NCBI RefSeq assembly: GCF_017744435.1
Contig: NZ_JAGIBG010000001.1
Location: 163,556 to 227,555, forward strand
Source of the DNA: Pseudomonas sp.
GTDB taxonomy: Bacteria > Pseudomonadota > Gammaproteobacteria > Pseudomonadales > Pseudomonadaceae
Direction: 5' to 3'
Length of the DNA stretch: 64,000 nt
Below, in pieces: positions 41,108 through 51,070 of this stretch. How positions within the stretch are numbered: the first letter of the stretch is position 1; each line of letters opens with the position of its first letter. The notes under the pieces are model-generated. The model searched no databases. It was not told where the DNA came from and saw nothing but the letters and a program-made list of their open reading frames with translations. The translations under genes were made by a program, and so were the position numbers.

Positions 41108-41593
41108 ATGATCGAACCTGGCATCTACAAAGACGTGATGGGCTCGTTCCCGTCCGGCGTCACCGTGGTCACCACCCTGGACGCCGATGGCGGCATCGTC
41201 GGCATCACCGCCAGCGCGTTCAGCGCGCTGTCGATCGAGCCGGCGCTGGTGCTGTTCTGCCCCAACTACGCATCGGACACCTACCCGATCCTGCGTGACA
41301 GCAAGCAGTTCGCCATTCACCTACTGTCCGCCGACCAGACCGCCGAGGCCTATGCCTTCGCCGGCAAGGGCAAGGACAAAGCCAAGGGCGTCGAGTGGCA
41401 GTTGAGCGAGCTGGGCAACCCGCTGCTGACCAAGGCCACGGCGATCATCGAGTGCGAACTGTGGCGCGAATACGACGGCGGTGACCACGCGATCATCGTC
41501 GGCGCGGTGAAGAACCTGGTGCTGCCGGCCGAGCCGGTGACGCCGATGGTCTACCACAAGGGCAAGCTGGGTGCCCTGCCGCCGCTTGGCTGA
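41108..41593 (+). CDS. Flavin reductase, paralog of 36194-36679
   Basis: GSFPSGVTVVTT, LFCPNY, GGDHAIIVG; also 161 aa. Confidence 0.92.
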   Translation: MIEPGIYKDVMGSFPSGVTVVTTLDADGGIVGITASAFSALSIEPALVLFCPNYASDTYPILRDSKQFAIHLLSADQTAEAYAFAGKGKDKAKGVEWQLSELGNPLLTKATAIIECELWREYDGGDHAIIVGAVKNLVLPAEPVTPMVYHKGKLGALPPLG

Positions 41594-41616
41594 TCGCCCT
41601 TGAAGTCGGCGCTGGT

Positions 41617-41707
41617 GCCTTCGCGGGCAAGCCCGCTCCCACAGGGACCGCACAGTTCTCAAGAGCTCTGCAATACCTGTGGGAGCGGGCTTGCCCGCGA
41701 AGAAGCC
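41617..41707. repeat. REP doublet
   Basis: CCTTCGCGGGCAAGCCCGCTCCCACAGG plus an inverted copy. Confidence 0.9.
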
Positions 41708-41790
41708 ACCACCGATGTCCCTGTTTTTCAGGGGCCGCACTAATCGTCTCACCCTCGGTTGCGGCCCCTTTTTATTCCGGAGTACTGCGC

Positions 41791-42180
41791 ATGAGCAACG
41801 AAAAGTACGAGAAAGGCCTGCAGATCCGCACCCAGGTGCTGGGCGAGGAGTACGTCAACCGCTCGATCCAGAACGCCGACGACTTCACCCAGCCGCTGCA
41901 GGAGCTGGTCACCGAGTACTGCTGGGGCCACGTCTGGGGCCGCGAAGGCCTCTCGCTGAAAGAGCGCAGCATGATAAACTTGGCCATGATTTCCGCGCTC
42001 AACCGGCCCCACGAGCTCAAGCTGCACATTCGCGGCGCATTGCGTAATGGCCTGAGCCGTGAACAGATTCGCGAGATCCTGCTCCAGGTCGGCATTTATT
42101 GCGGCGTGCCCGCGGCGGTGGACAGTTTCCGCCTGGCCCGCGAGGCGTTCGCCGAAGCCGATGCGGAGTCAACCCGTTAA
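41791..42180 (+). CDS. Carboxymuconolactone decarboxylase-family protein (PcaC-like)
   Basis: YCWGHVWGREGLS..RSMI, ELKLHIRGALRNG, QVGIYCGVPA. Confidence 0.9.
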   Translation: MSNEKYEKGLQIRTQVLGEEYVNRSIQNADDFTQPLQELVTEYCWGHVWGREGLSLKERSMINLAMISALNRPHELKLHIRGALRNGLSREQIREILLQVGIYCGVPAAVDSFRLAREAFAEADAESTR

Positions 42181-42268
42181 CAACGGGCTGTTCGAACCAC
42201 TGCAAGGAGTGCCTCGGTTCAGGGGGCTCCGTGATGTTGGCGCAACAGCCTCATAAAGAGCGCACCTG

Positions 42269-43033
42269 ATGAAACGCCAGCCACTCGACGACAGCTTCAA
42301 GGTCAACCGCAACCCCGTTACCCTGCGCGAAATCGTGCTCGACAAGCTGCGCGGCGCGATCATGAACTTCCACCTGCTGCCCGGCGACCGCCTGGTCGAG
42401 CGCGACCTCTGCGACCGCCTGGGGGTCAGCCGCACCTCGGTGCGTGAGGCCCTGCGCCACCTGGAGTCCGAAGGCCTGGTGGAATTCGCCGACGCCAAGG
42501 GCCCGCGCGTGGCCATCATCACCCTGGAAGACGCCCGCGATATCTACGAGCTGCGTTGCGTGCTCGAAGGCCTGATCGTGCAGTTGTTCACCCTCAACGC
42601 CAAGGCCAAGGACATCCGTGCCCTGGAGCGCGCACTCGAGGTCAACCGCGAAGCCCTCGAAGAAGGCGAGCTGCAACAGGTGCTGGACTCGGTGCAAGGT
42701 TTCTACGACGTGCTCCTGGAAGGCTCTGGCAACCAGGTCGCCGCCCAACAGCTGCGCCAGCTGCAGGCACGCATCAGCTACCTGCGCGCCACCTCGGTGT
42801 CGCAGGAAAACCGCCGCGGCGCCAGCAACCGTGAAATGGAAAAGATCGTCGAGGCAATCAAGGGCGGCGACCCGCTGGTGGCGCACCAGGCCTCGGTCGA
42901 CCACGTTCGCGCCGCTGCCAAGGTGGCCCTGGACTACCTGCGCCAGAAGCAGGACGACAACAGCAAGGTGCGCGACATGGTCGAGCCCCTGGCCCTGAAA
43001 GAGCCCCGCATAGAACCCCGCATAGGCCGCTGA
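42269..43033 (+). CDS. GntR-family (FadR/FCD) regulator
   Basis: PGDRLVERDLCDRLGVSRTSVREAL; FCD domain. Confidence 0.93.
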   Translation: MKRQPLDDSFKVNRNPVTLREIVLDKLRGAIMNFHLLPGDRLVERDLCDRLGVSRTSVREALRHLESEGLVEFADAKGPRVAIITLEDARDIYELRCVLEGLIVQLFTLNAKAKDIRALERALEVNREALEEGELQQVLDSVQGFYDVLLEGSGNQVAAQQLRQLQARISYLRATSVSQENRRGASNREMEKIVEAIKGGDPLVAHQASVDHVRAAAKVALDYLRQKQDDNSKVRDMVEPLALKEPRIEPRIGR

Positions 43034-43034
43034 C

Positions 43035-43598
43035 ATGCCCAACGCCCCGCGCTACTGCCCGCACTGCACCACGGAACTGGCCCGGGGCGTTCCCACAGGC
43101 GACACCCACGAACGCCTGCACTGCACCGGCTGCGGTTATATCCACTACATCAATCCGAAGATCATCGCCGGCTGCATCATCGAGCGCGACGGCAAGTACC
43201 TGCTGTGCCAGCGCGCCATCCCGCCGCGCCCCGGCACCTGGACCTTGCCGGCCGGGTTCATGGAAGCCGGCGAGACCACCGAGCAGGCGGCCTTGCGCGA
43301 GGTCTGGGAAGAAAGCGGCGTACGTGCCGATATCGTCTCGCCCTATTCGATCTTCAGCGTGCCGAAAATCAGCGAGGTGTACATCATCTTCCGCGCCATC
43401 GCCACCGAAGAGACCGGGCAGTACGGGCCGGAAACGTTGGCGTACAAGTTCTTCGAACCTGACGAGATTCCCTGGGACGAGATCTATTACCCGGCGATCC
43501 GGCAGATTCTCGAGCGCTACATCCTCGAACGCCAGGCCGGTGTGTATGGCATCTACATGGGCAATGACGACACCGGCAAGGTGCATTTCATGCGCTGA
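43035..43598 (+). CDS. NUDIX hydrolase with N-terminal zinc ribbon
   Basis: CPHC..CTGC; GFMEAGETTEQAALREVWEE Nudix box. Confidence 0.93.
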   Translation: MPNAPRYCPHCTTELARGVPTGDTHERLHCTGCGYIHYINPKIIAGCIIERDGKYLLCQRAIPPRPGTWTLPAGFMEAGETTEQAALREVWEESGVRADIVSPYSIFSVPKISEVYIIFRAIATEETGQYGPETLAYKFFEPDEIPWDEIYYPAIRQILERYILERQAGVYGIYMGNDDTGKVHFMR

Positions 43599-43672
43599 GG
43601 AACCGCCCCCCTCGCCAACCGTCTATTCTCGGTGCAATCTAGAGGCCTCAAGCAAACGGACCGGCACTGCAC

Positions 43673-45838
43673 ATGGCAAACTGGCTAGACGGCGGCGGGC
43701 TGATGGCCGAGCGCATTCGCAACCACGACTGGGCTGCCACACCCCTGGGGCCGCTTGGCCAATGGCCTGAAACACTCAGGACCAGCGTCGCCCTGTGCCT
43801 GGACTCGCGCTTTCCCCAGGCCGTGCTTTGGGGCCCAGAGCTGATCACCCTGCACAACGATGCCTTCGCCCGGATCCTCGGCGACAAACCGTCGGCCCTG
43901 GGCAGCCCCTTCAGTGTGGTATGGCAAGAAGCCTGGCACGAAATTGGTGACATGGCCGCGCGGGCACTCGCTGGCGAGGCGGTGTTCATCGAGGACTTCC
44001 CCCTGCTGATCGACCGCTGCGGCAGCCCGGAAAGGGCCTATTTCACCTTCTGCTACAGCCCCATCCGCGGTGAGGATGGCCGCGTGCTGGGGATGCTCGA
44101 CACGGTCACCGAAACCACCGCCAGCGTGGTCACCAACCAGCGCCTGAACTTTCTCGACAACCTGGGCCGCGCCGTGGCCAATGCCACCGACCCGGACCAC
44201 ATCATGGCGATCACCACGCGCATGCTGGTGGAGCACCTGGAGCTGTCGAGTTGCGCCTATGCCGTGATGGAAGCCGACGAAGACGGCTTCACCATCTGCG
44301 GCGATTGGGTCGCACCGGGCTCGCCGCGCCTGCTCGGCCAGTACCGCCTGGCCGATTTCGGCCGCCTGGCCGTCAGCCGCCTGCGTGCCGGCCTGCCCCT
44401 GGTGATCAACGACAACCTCAACGAACTGGCCAGCGAAGAGGCGGCCACCTTCCAGGCCATCGGCATCACCGCCACCGTCTGCATGCCGCTGATCAAGAAT
44501 GGCCGGCTGACGGCGCTCATGGCCATCCATGACCGTGAGCCACGGACCTGGACACGCTACGAGCAAGCGCTGCTCAGCGAAGTCACCGAACGCTCCTGGG
44601 CGCACATCCAGCGCATCCAGGCCCACGCCGAAGTGCGCGAGGCCATGGCTGCCCTGGAAGCGCTCAACGCCACCCTGGAACACCGGGTCGAAGAGCGTAC
44701 CGCGCAGCTGCTGCACACCGAGGCCGTGCTGCGCCAGACGCAGAAGCTCGAAGCCATCGGCCAGTTGACCGGCGGCGTGGCCCACGACTTCAACAACCTG
44801 CTGACCATCATCCGCTCGTCGCTGCACTTTCTGCAGCGCCCCAACCTCGACGAACAGCGCCGCGAACGCTACCTCAAGACCATGGCCGACACCGTCGACC
44901 GCGGCGCCAAGCTGACTGGCCAACTGCTCGCCTTCGCCCGGCGCCAGACGCTGAGCCCGCAAGTGTTCGAAGCCGGGCCGCGGCTGGAGGCGATGGCTGA
45001 CATGCTCGACACGGCCACCGGCGCACGCATCCATGTCGAGCTGCAACTGCCGGCATCACCCTGCCATATCCGCGCCGACCTCAGCCAGCTGGAAACCGCG
45101 GTGATCAACCTGATGCTCAATGGCCGCGACGCCATGGCCGGTGAAGGCACCCTGCGCCTGCGCCTGCAGGCCGACCAGCGCATGCCCGGCCACGACGGGC
45201 TGTTCGCGGCCATTTCGGTGAGTGACAGTGGGGTCGGCATCGCCCCCGAGTTGCTGGAGCGCATCTTCGATCCGTTCTTCACCACCAAGGCGCCGGGTGA
45301 AGGCACCGGGCTGGGCTTGTCCCAGGTATTTGGCTTTGCCAAGCAATCCGATGGCGACGTCAAGGTCGATAGCGTCCAGGGCCAGGGCACCCGTTTCACC
45401 CTATACCTGCCACAAGAGCCGACACCGGCCAGCGGCGCACCTGCCAGCGACCCGCACAACGTGCCTCAACCCAGTGGCCAGCGACGGCGCATCCTGGTGG
45501 TCGAGGACAATCCCGATGTGGGCAGCTTCACTGCGCAAATCCTTGAAGACCATGGCTACCAGATCAGTTGGGCCAGCTCGGCCGAAGCTGCCCTGGTGCA
45601 GCTTGACAACGCGCCCGAAGGCTTCGATGCCGTGTTTTCCGATGTGGTCATGCCAGGCATGGGCGGCTTGGCACTGGCCAGGCAGCTGCGCCGCCAGCGG
45701 CCGCAATTACCGGTAATCCTCACCTCCGGTTACAGCGAAGCGATTGCCGAAGGCGGGCACCAAGGGTTTGCCTTCCTGGCCAAACCCTACTCGGCCGAAC
45801 AGGTGTGTCAGCTGCTCGGCAAAGTGCTGGGCGTGTAA
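43673..45838 (+). CDS. PAS/GAF hybrid histidine kinase / response regulator
   Basis: [10 protein letters not shown]-terminus, [20 protein letters not shown], receiver (VFSDVVMPG). Confidence 0.93.
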   Translation: MANWLDGGGLMAERIRNHDWAATPLGPLGQWPETLRTSVALCLDSRFPQAVLWGPELITLHNDAFARILGDKPSALGSPFSVVWQEAWHEIGDMAARALAGEAVFIEDFPLLIDRCGSPERAYFTFCYSPIRGEDGRVLGMLDTVTETTASVVTNQRLNFLDNLGRAVANATDPDHIMAITTRMLVEHLELSSCAYAVMEADEDGFTICGDWVAPGSPRLLGQYRLADFGRLAVSRLRAGLPLVINDNLNELASEEAATFQAIGITATVCMPLIKNGRLTALMAIHDREPRTWTRYEQALLSEVTERSWAHIQRIQAHAEVREAMAALEALNATLEHRVEERTAQLLHTEAVLRQTQKLEAIGQLTGGVAHDFNNLLTIIRSSLHFLQRPNLDEQRRERYLKTMADTVDRGAKLTGQLLAFARRQTLSPQVFEAGPRLEAMADMLDTATGARIHVELQLPASPCHIRADLSQLETAVINLMLNGRDAMAGEGTLRLRLQADQRMPGHDGLFAAISVSDSGVGIAPELLERIFDPFFTTKAPGEGTGLGLSQVFGFAKQSDGDVKVDSVQGQGTRFTLYLPQEPTPASGAPASDPHNVPQPSGQRRRILVVEDNPDVGSFTAQILEDHGYQISWASSAEAALVQLDNAPEGFDAVFSDVVMPGMGGLALARQLRRQRPQLPVILTSGYSEAIAEGGHQGFAFLAKPYSAEQVCQLLGKVLGV

Positions 45839-45878
45839 AGCCATAACCGCCACATTTGCGCCGAGCTTCAGCTGTCGT

Positions 45879-46511
45879 TCAACGCCGCCCTTCAGCCAGC
45901 ATGCGCACGGCCAGCCCCGCCAGCACCGTGCCCATCAGCCAGCGCTGAACCTGCTGCCACAGCGGGCGACCGGCGAGGAACACGGCGATGGAGCCCGCCA
46001 TGACCGCAATCAGCGCATTGACCGAAACGCTGATGGCGATCTGCGTCGAACCCAGTACCAGCGATTGCAGCAGCACGCTGCCATGCCCCGGCTCGATGAA
46101 CTGCGGCATCAGCGACAGGTACATGACGGCAATCTTGGGGTTGAGCAAACTGGTGGCAAACCCCATGGTAAACAGCCGCCGCGGGCTGTCGGCAGGCAGG
46201 TCCCGCACCTGGAAGGGCGAGCGGCCACCGGGGCGCAGCGCCTGCCAGGCCAGGTACAACAGGTACAACGCACCACCGATGCGCAGTGCGTCATAGGCAA
46301 AGGGCACAGCCATTACCAGTGCGGTGATGCCCAATGCAGCGCAGAACATGTAGATGACAAAGCCCAGCGCCACACCGCCAAGGGAAATCAACCCAGCCTT
46401 GCGGCCCTGGCAGATCGACCGGGAAATCAGGTAGATCATGTTCGGCCCCGGGGTCAGGACCATGCCCAGGCAGATCAGGGCGAAGGTAAGCAGTTGGGTA
46501 GTATCGGGCAT
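45879..46511 (-). CDS. LysE/RhtB-family translocator
   Basis: LTPGPNMIY, LLNPKIAV. Confidence 0.92.
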   Translation of the reverse strand: MPDTTQLLTFALICLGMVLTPGPNMIYLISRSICQGRKAGLISLGGVALGFVIYMFCAALGITALVMAVPFAYDALRIGGALYLLYLAWQALRPGGRSPFQVRDLPADSPRRLFTMGFATSLLNPKIAVMYLSLMPQFIEPGHGSVLLQSLVLGSTQIAISVSVNALIAVMAGSIAVFLAGRPLWQQVQRWLMGTVLAGLAVRMLAEGRR

Positions 46512-46577
46512 GGGGCACATCCTGGTGGTGCGCTGGAATGCGGCGAGTGTATCCGAAGCTGTTGGTCACCGCTGAAG

Positions 46578-47192
46578 TCAGTGGATCTGCCCGGCTATCA
46601 AACCCAGGGCCACGGTAATCATCGCCACCCCCGACACCCGTCCGACCAGCTTTGCCGCCCCTGGCCGGGTGCTCAGCACAGCCTTGGCGCCAAAACCGAC
46701 CAACGAATAGATCACCAGCGAGCTGCACAGGTGCACCAGCCCCAGCAGCAAGATCTGCAACGGCACCGGCCAGCTCGACTGGGGGTCAGTGAATTGCGGC
46801 AGCAGGGCCAGAAACAGCAGGAACACCTTGGGGTTCAGCCCACTCACGCAAAAACCTTTCAATGCCCAGCGTGAGCCCGACTCACCGGCCCCGCCCTGCC
46901 CGGCCGAAGGCAATGCCGGGCTCAGCAACAGGTTACCGCCCAACCACAGCAGGTAGCTGCACCCCGCCAGGGTCAGCAAGGTCAACGCCAACGGGTGGCC
47001 CGCCAGCAGGCTGCCGACCCCGGCCGCCACCACCAGGGTGGCGAGGAAATGTCCCGACAACATCCCCGCCACTGCGGGCATTACCCAACGCCCGCGCATG
47101 CCCGCCGAAATGGCATAGGCCCAGTCTGCTCCGGGGGTCATCACGAACAGCATCGAAACAGCCCAGAACGCCGTCAGCACACTGATAGCCAC
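46578..47192 (-). CDS. LysE/RhtB-family translocator
   Basis: MTPGADWAY, GLNPKVFL; GTG start. Confidence 0.9.
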   Translation of the reverse strand: MAISVLTAFWAVSMLFVMTPGADWAYAISAGMRGRWVMPAVAGMLSGHFLATLVVAAGVGSLLAGHPLALTLLTLAGCSYLLWLGGNLLLSPALPSAGQGGAGESGSRWALKGFCVSGLNPKVFLLFLALLPQFTDPQSSWPVPLQILLLGLVHLCSSLVIYSLVGFGAKAVLSTRPGAAKLVGRVSGVAMITVALGLIAGQIH

Positions 47193-47303
47193 TTGAATCT
47201 TCCTTATCTACTGCCTTGGGATGAGGAAAGATTACGGATTCCGCCCGGGGATTTTCTTTCGTATATTCCCTCTCATCATTCACTTACTGGAAGATTCTTC
47301 CCC

Positions 47304-47756
47304 ATGGACAGAACTGATCGAAAAATCCTTGCCGAGCTGCAAAAAGACGGTCGGCTGTCGGTCACCGAGCTGGCCGACCGCGTGGGGCTCAGCCTGTCCC
47401 CCTGCCATCGGCGCCTGAAGGCACTGGAGGAGTCCGGGGCCATTCTGGGCTACCACGCCCGCCTGGCGCCGAGCGCCCTGGGGCTGAACTTTGCCGCGCT
47501 GGTGTTCGTGACCCTGCGCGAAGTGACCCGCCAGCCCGTGGCGGACTTCGAAGCGGCGTTGGCCGAGATCCCGCAGATTGTCGAGGCGCAACGGCTGTTC
47601 GGCGATCCGGATTACCTGCTACATGTGGTGGCCAAGGACTTGCCGGCGTTTCAGAAGCTGTATGACGAGCAGCTGACCAGCATTCCCAATGTGAAGCGCC
47701 TGAGTTCGACCCTGGTGATGAAGGAAGTGATTCAGGATCGGTTGTTGCCGATGTAG
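47304..47756 (+). CDS. Lrp/AsnC-family regulator
   Basis: MDRTDRKILAELQKDGRLSVTELADRVGLSLSPCHRR. Confidence 0.94.
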   Translation: MDRTDRKILAELQKDGRLSVTELADRVGLSLSPCHRRLKALEESGAILGYHARLAPSALGLNFAALVFVTLREVTRQPVADFEAALAEIPQIVEAQRLFGDPDYLLHVVAKDLPAFQKLYDEQLTSIPNVKRLSSTLVMKEVIQDRLLPM

Positions 47757-47770
47757 CACTGTTCTACCGT

Positions 47771-47869
47771 GCCGGCCCCTTCGCGGGCTCGCCCGCTCCC
47801 ACAGTGCCCCACAGATTTTAAGATCTGTGCAGTACCTGTGGGAGCGGGCAAGCCCGCGAAAAGGCCGGC
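47771..47869. repeat. REP doublet
   Basis: GCCGGCCCCTTCGCGGGCTCGCCCGCTCCCACAG plus an inverted copy. Confidence 0.9.
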
Positions 47870-47979
47870 ACAGACAACCTTTTCACCTGCCCTGTTAACG
47901 CACACTGTGCACCACCACAGCCCACCCTTCCCGCCAAAAACCATCGCAACCCCCCTCTACCCCAAGCCCTCCCGCCAAC

Positions 47980-47995
47980 TGGCACCCTCCTTGCT
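47980..47995 (+). promoter_or_regulatory. Sigma54 promoter upstream of the second NCS1 permease
   Basis: TGGCAC-CCTCC-TTGCT, an exact consensus match. Confidence 0.72.
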
Positions 47996-48170
47996 ACCGT
48001 CCACCGCTTAAGCTTTTGTCAGCCTTAGGTTTTTTAAGGTTTATGGGCACATATTTACTAATTTCTCGTTATCCCCGCGCCCCGCATCATCGCTCCAACA
48101 AGAACGCGTCGCCCTTCGCCGGCACGCACCCGGGCAGCACCCGATGCCCCACCTTGCCTTGGAGTCAGTC

Positions 48171-49583
48171 ATGACCAGTGCAGCCAATTCGGCACCCCTG
48201 ATAGAAAAACACACGATCGGCTATGTGCCGCCGGAAGACCGCCATGGAAAGGTGAGGGATCTGTTTACACTGTGGTTCGGCGGCAATATCGCGCCGCTGC
48301 CCATCGTCACCGGCGCGCTGGGCGTGCAGCTGTTTCACCTGAACCTGATATGGGGCATTGTCGCCATCCTCGTTGGCCACCTGGTCGGCGGCGTGCTGAT
48401 GGCGCTGCACTCGGCCCAGGGCCCGCAGATGGGCATCCCGCAGATGATCCAGAGCCGCGCCCAGTTCGGCACCCTCGGCGCGTTGCTGGTGGTGGTGATC
48501 GCCGGGGTGATGTACATCGGCTTCTTCGCCTCCAACATCGTGCTGGCCGGCAAGTCGCTACATGGCGTGGTCGAGGCCGTTCCGGTGCCGGTGGGCATCG
48601 TCATCGGTGCGCTGGGTTCAGGCATCATCGGCATCATCGGCTACCGCTTCATCCACGTGCTCAACCGCATCGGCACCTGGGTGCTGGGCGTCGGCATCGT
48701 GGTCGGCTTCGGCTACATCTTCAGCCATGTGCAAAGTGACGACTTCCTCACCCGCGGCGGCTTCAACCTGGCCGGCTGGCTGGCCACCGTGTCGCTGGCG
48801 GCGCTGTGGCAGATCGCCTTTGCCCCGTACGTGTCGGATTACTCGCGCTACCTGCCGGCCGACGTGAAGGTCAGCTCGACCTTCTGGACCACCTACCTGG
48901 GTTCGGCCCTGGGTTCGAGCCTGTCGTTCGTCTTCGGCGCCGTGGCGGTGCTGGCGATCCCGGCCGGCATGGACACCATGGACGCGGTCAAGCTGGCCAC
49001 CGGCACCCTCGGCCCGCTCATGCTGGTGCTGTTCCTGCTCAGCGTGATCAGCCACAACGCCCTCAACCTGTATGGCGCGGTGCTGTCGATCATCACCCTG
49101 GTGCAGACCTTCGCCTACCGCTGGATCCCGACCGCCAAGAGCCGTGCAGTGCTGTCGCTGCTCGTGCTGTCGGCCTGCTGCGTGGTGGCGGTGTTCGCCT
49201 CGGCGGACTTCATCGGCCACTTCGTCGACATGGTGCTGGTGCTGCTGGTAGTGCTGGTGCCATGGACGGCGATCAACCTGATCGACTTCTACGCAATCCA
49301 CAAGGGCGACTACGACATCCAGTCGATCTTCCAGGTCGATGGCGGCATCTACGGTCGTTACAACCCGCAGGCGCTGATTGCCTATGCGGTGGGTATCGTG
49401 GTGCAGATCCCGTTCATGAACACGCCGCTGTACGTCGGGCCGATCTCCGAGCACATCAACGGGGCCGACCTGTCGTGGCTGGTTGGCCTGGCAGTGACCT
49501 CGCCGCTGTACTGGTGGCTGGCCAGCCGTGACAGTGCCTATCGTCGTCGGCAGACCAGTGCCAAGCTGGCCATGGGGCACTGA
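48171..49583 (+). CDS. NCS1 purine/cytosine-permease-family transporter, paralog of 34471-35877
   Basis: YVPPEDRHG..LFTLWF, NIAPLPIVTGA, SDYSRYLP, ISHNALNLYGAVLSI shared with the first permease. Confidence 0.92.
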   Translation: MTSAANSAPLIEKHTIGYVPPEDRHGKVRDLFTLWFGGNIAPLPIVTGALGVQLFHLNLIWGIVAILVGHLVGGVLMALHSAQGPQMGIPQMIQSRAQFGTLGALLVVVIAGVMYIGFFASNIVLAGKSLHGVVEAVPVPVGIVIGALGSGIIGIIGYRFIHVLNRIGTWVLGVGIVVGFGYIFSHVQSDDFLTRGGFNLAGWLATVSLAALWQIAFAPYVSDYSRYLPADVKVSSTFWTTYLGSALGSSLSFVFGAVAVLAIPAGMDTMDAVKLATGTLGPLMLVLFLLSVISHNALNLYGAVLSIITLVQTFAYRWIPTAKSRAVLSLLVLSACCVVAVFASADFIGHFVDMVLVLLVVLVPWTAINLIDFYAIHKGDYDIQSIFQVDGGIYGRYNPQALIAYAVGIVVQIPFMNTPLYVGPISEHINGADLSWLVGLAVTSPLYWWLASRDSAYRRRQTSAKLAMGH

Positions 49584-49613
49584 TTTGCACTTCTGTGCAA
49601 TTGGAGATGCATC

Positions 49614-49718
49614 GGGGGCCGCTTTGCGGCCCTTTCGCGACACAAGGCCGCTCCTACAGAAGCTCACGATTACCTGTAGGAGCGGCCTTGTGTCGCGAAA
49701 GGGCTGCAAGGCAGCCCC
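49614..49718. repeat. REP doublet of a second sequence class
   Basis: CCCTTTCGCGACACAAGGCCGCTCCTACAG plus an inverted copy, flanked by GGGGCCGC/GCAGCCCC hairpins. Confidence 0.85.
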
Positions 49719-49729
49719 AGAAAGCTGGA

Positions 49730-51055
49730 TCAGTACTGGGCCTGGCCCGGTACCCAGGCGGTGCCTGCCAGCGGCACCCGGGCCATGGCGGCGGCCTCGA
49801 CGGTCAGCGCCACCAGGTCCTCGGGGTCGAGGTTGTGCAGGTGTGATTTGCCGCAGGCGCGGGCCATGGTCTGCGCCTCCAGCACCAGCACCCGCAGGTA
49901 GTTGGCCAGGCGCCGGCCCGCCTCTTCCGGGTTCAGGCGCCTGGCCAGTTCCGGGTCCTGGGTGGTGATGCCGGCCGGGTCGCGGCCGTTTTGCCAGTCG
50001 TCGTAGAAGCCGGCAGCCGAGCCGATCGTCTTCAGCTCGCTGTCCAGTCGCGGGTGGTTGTCGCCCAGGGCGATCAGCGCCGCCGTGCCGATGGCCACCG
50101 CGTCGGCACCCAGGGCCATGGCCTTGGCCACGTCGGCACCGTTGCGGATGCCACCGGAGACAATCAGCTGCACCTTGCGGTGCATGCCCATTTCCTGCAG
50201 CGCCTGCACAGCCTGTGGAATGGCCGGCAGAATCGGGATGCCAACGTGTTCGATGAACACTTCCTGGGTGGCTGCCGTGCCGCCCTGCATGCCGTCGAGC
50301 ACGATCACGTCGGCACCGGCCTTCACCGCCAGCTTGACGTCGTAGTACGGGCGGCTGGCGCCGATCTTCACGTAGATCGGTTTCTCCCAGTCAGTGATCT
50401 CGCGGATCTCGGCAATCTTGATCGCCAGGTCGTCCGGGCCGGTCCAGTCCGGGTGTCGGCAGGCGCTGCGTTGGTCGACGCCGATCGGCAGGGTGCGCAT
50501 GCCGGCGACACGCTCGGTGACCTTCATGCCCAGCAGCATGCCGCCACCGCCGGGCTTGGCACCCTGGCCGAGGACGATCTCGATGGCGTCGGCCTTGCGC
50601 AGGTCATCGGGGTTCATGCCGTAGCGCGACGGCAGGTACTGGTAGACCAGGTGCTGCGACTGGCCGCGCTCTTCCGGGGTCATGCCGCCGTCGCCGGTGG
50701 TGGTGCTGGTGCCGGCGATGGTCGCGCCACGGCCCAGGGCCTCCTTGGCATTGGCCGACAACGCGCCGAAGCTCATGCCGGCAATGGTCACCGGGATCTT
50801 CAGGTGGATCGGCTGCTTGGCGAAGCGGTTGCCCAACACCACGTCGGTGCCGCATTTTTCGCGGTAGCCTTCCAGCGGGTAGCGCGACACGCTGGCGCCC
50901 AGCAGCAGCAGGTCGTCGAAGTGCGGCACGCGGCGCTTGGTGCCACCGCCGCGGATATCGTAGATGCCGGTTTCAGCGGCGCGCTGGATTTCCTGGATGG
51001 TCAGGCGATCGAAGGTGGCCGACTCACGCAGTACCGGGGGGAATTGTTCGCTCAT
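49730..51055 (-). CDS. glxD: FMN-binding glutamate-synthase-family protein (GlxD / MgsC-like)
   Basis: AGMSFGALS, TGDGG, GQGAKPGGGG, IVSGGIRNG. Confidence 0.88.
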   Translation of the reverse strand: MSEQFPPVLRESATFDRLTIQEIQRAAETGIYDIRGGGTKRRVPHFDDLLLLGASVSRYPLEGYREKCGTDVVLGNRFAKQPIHLKIPVTIAGMSFGALSANAKEALGRGATIAGTSTTTGDGGMTPEERGQSQHLVYQYLPSRYGMNPDDLRKADAIEIVLGQGAKPGGGGMLLGMKVTERVAGMRTLPIGVDQRSACRHPDWTGPDDLAIKIAEIREITDWEKPIYVKIGASRPYYDVKLAVKAGADVIVLDGMQGGTAATQEVFIEHVGIPILPAIPQAVQALQEMGMHRKVQLIVSGGIRNGADVAKAMALGADAVAIGTAALIALGDNHPRLDSELKTIGSAAGFYDDWQNGRDPAGITTQDPELARRLNPEEAGRRLANYLRVLVLEAQTMARACGKSHLHNLDPEDLVALTVEAAAMARVPLAGTAWVPGQAQY

Positions 51056-51070
51056 GGGAATGCTCCTGGA

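Noticed and set aside
39340-41124. 594-aa minus-strand ORF
   Set aside because: Shadow of the ALDH gene
41731-41773. GGGGCCGCA...TGCGGCCCC-TTTTT hairpin before the PcaC-like gene as an attenuator or riboswitch
   Set aside because: 20-nt loop, no anti-terminator or known aptamer seen; most likely a weak terminator
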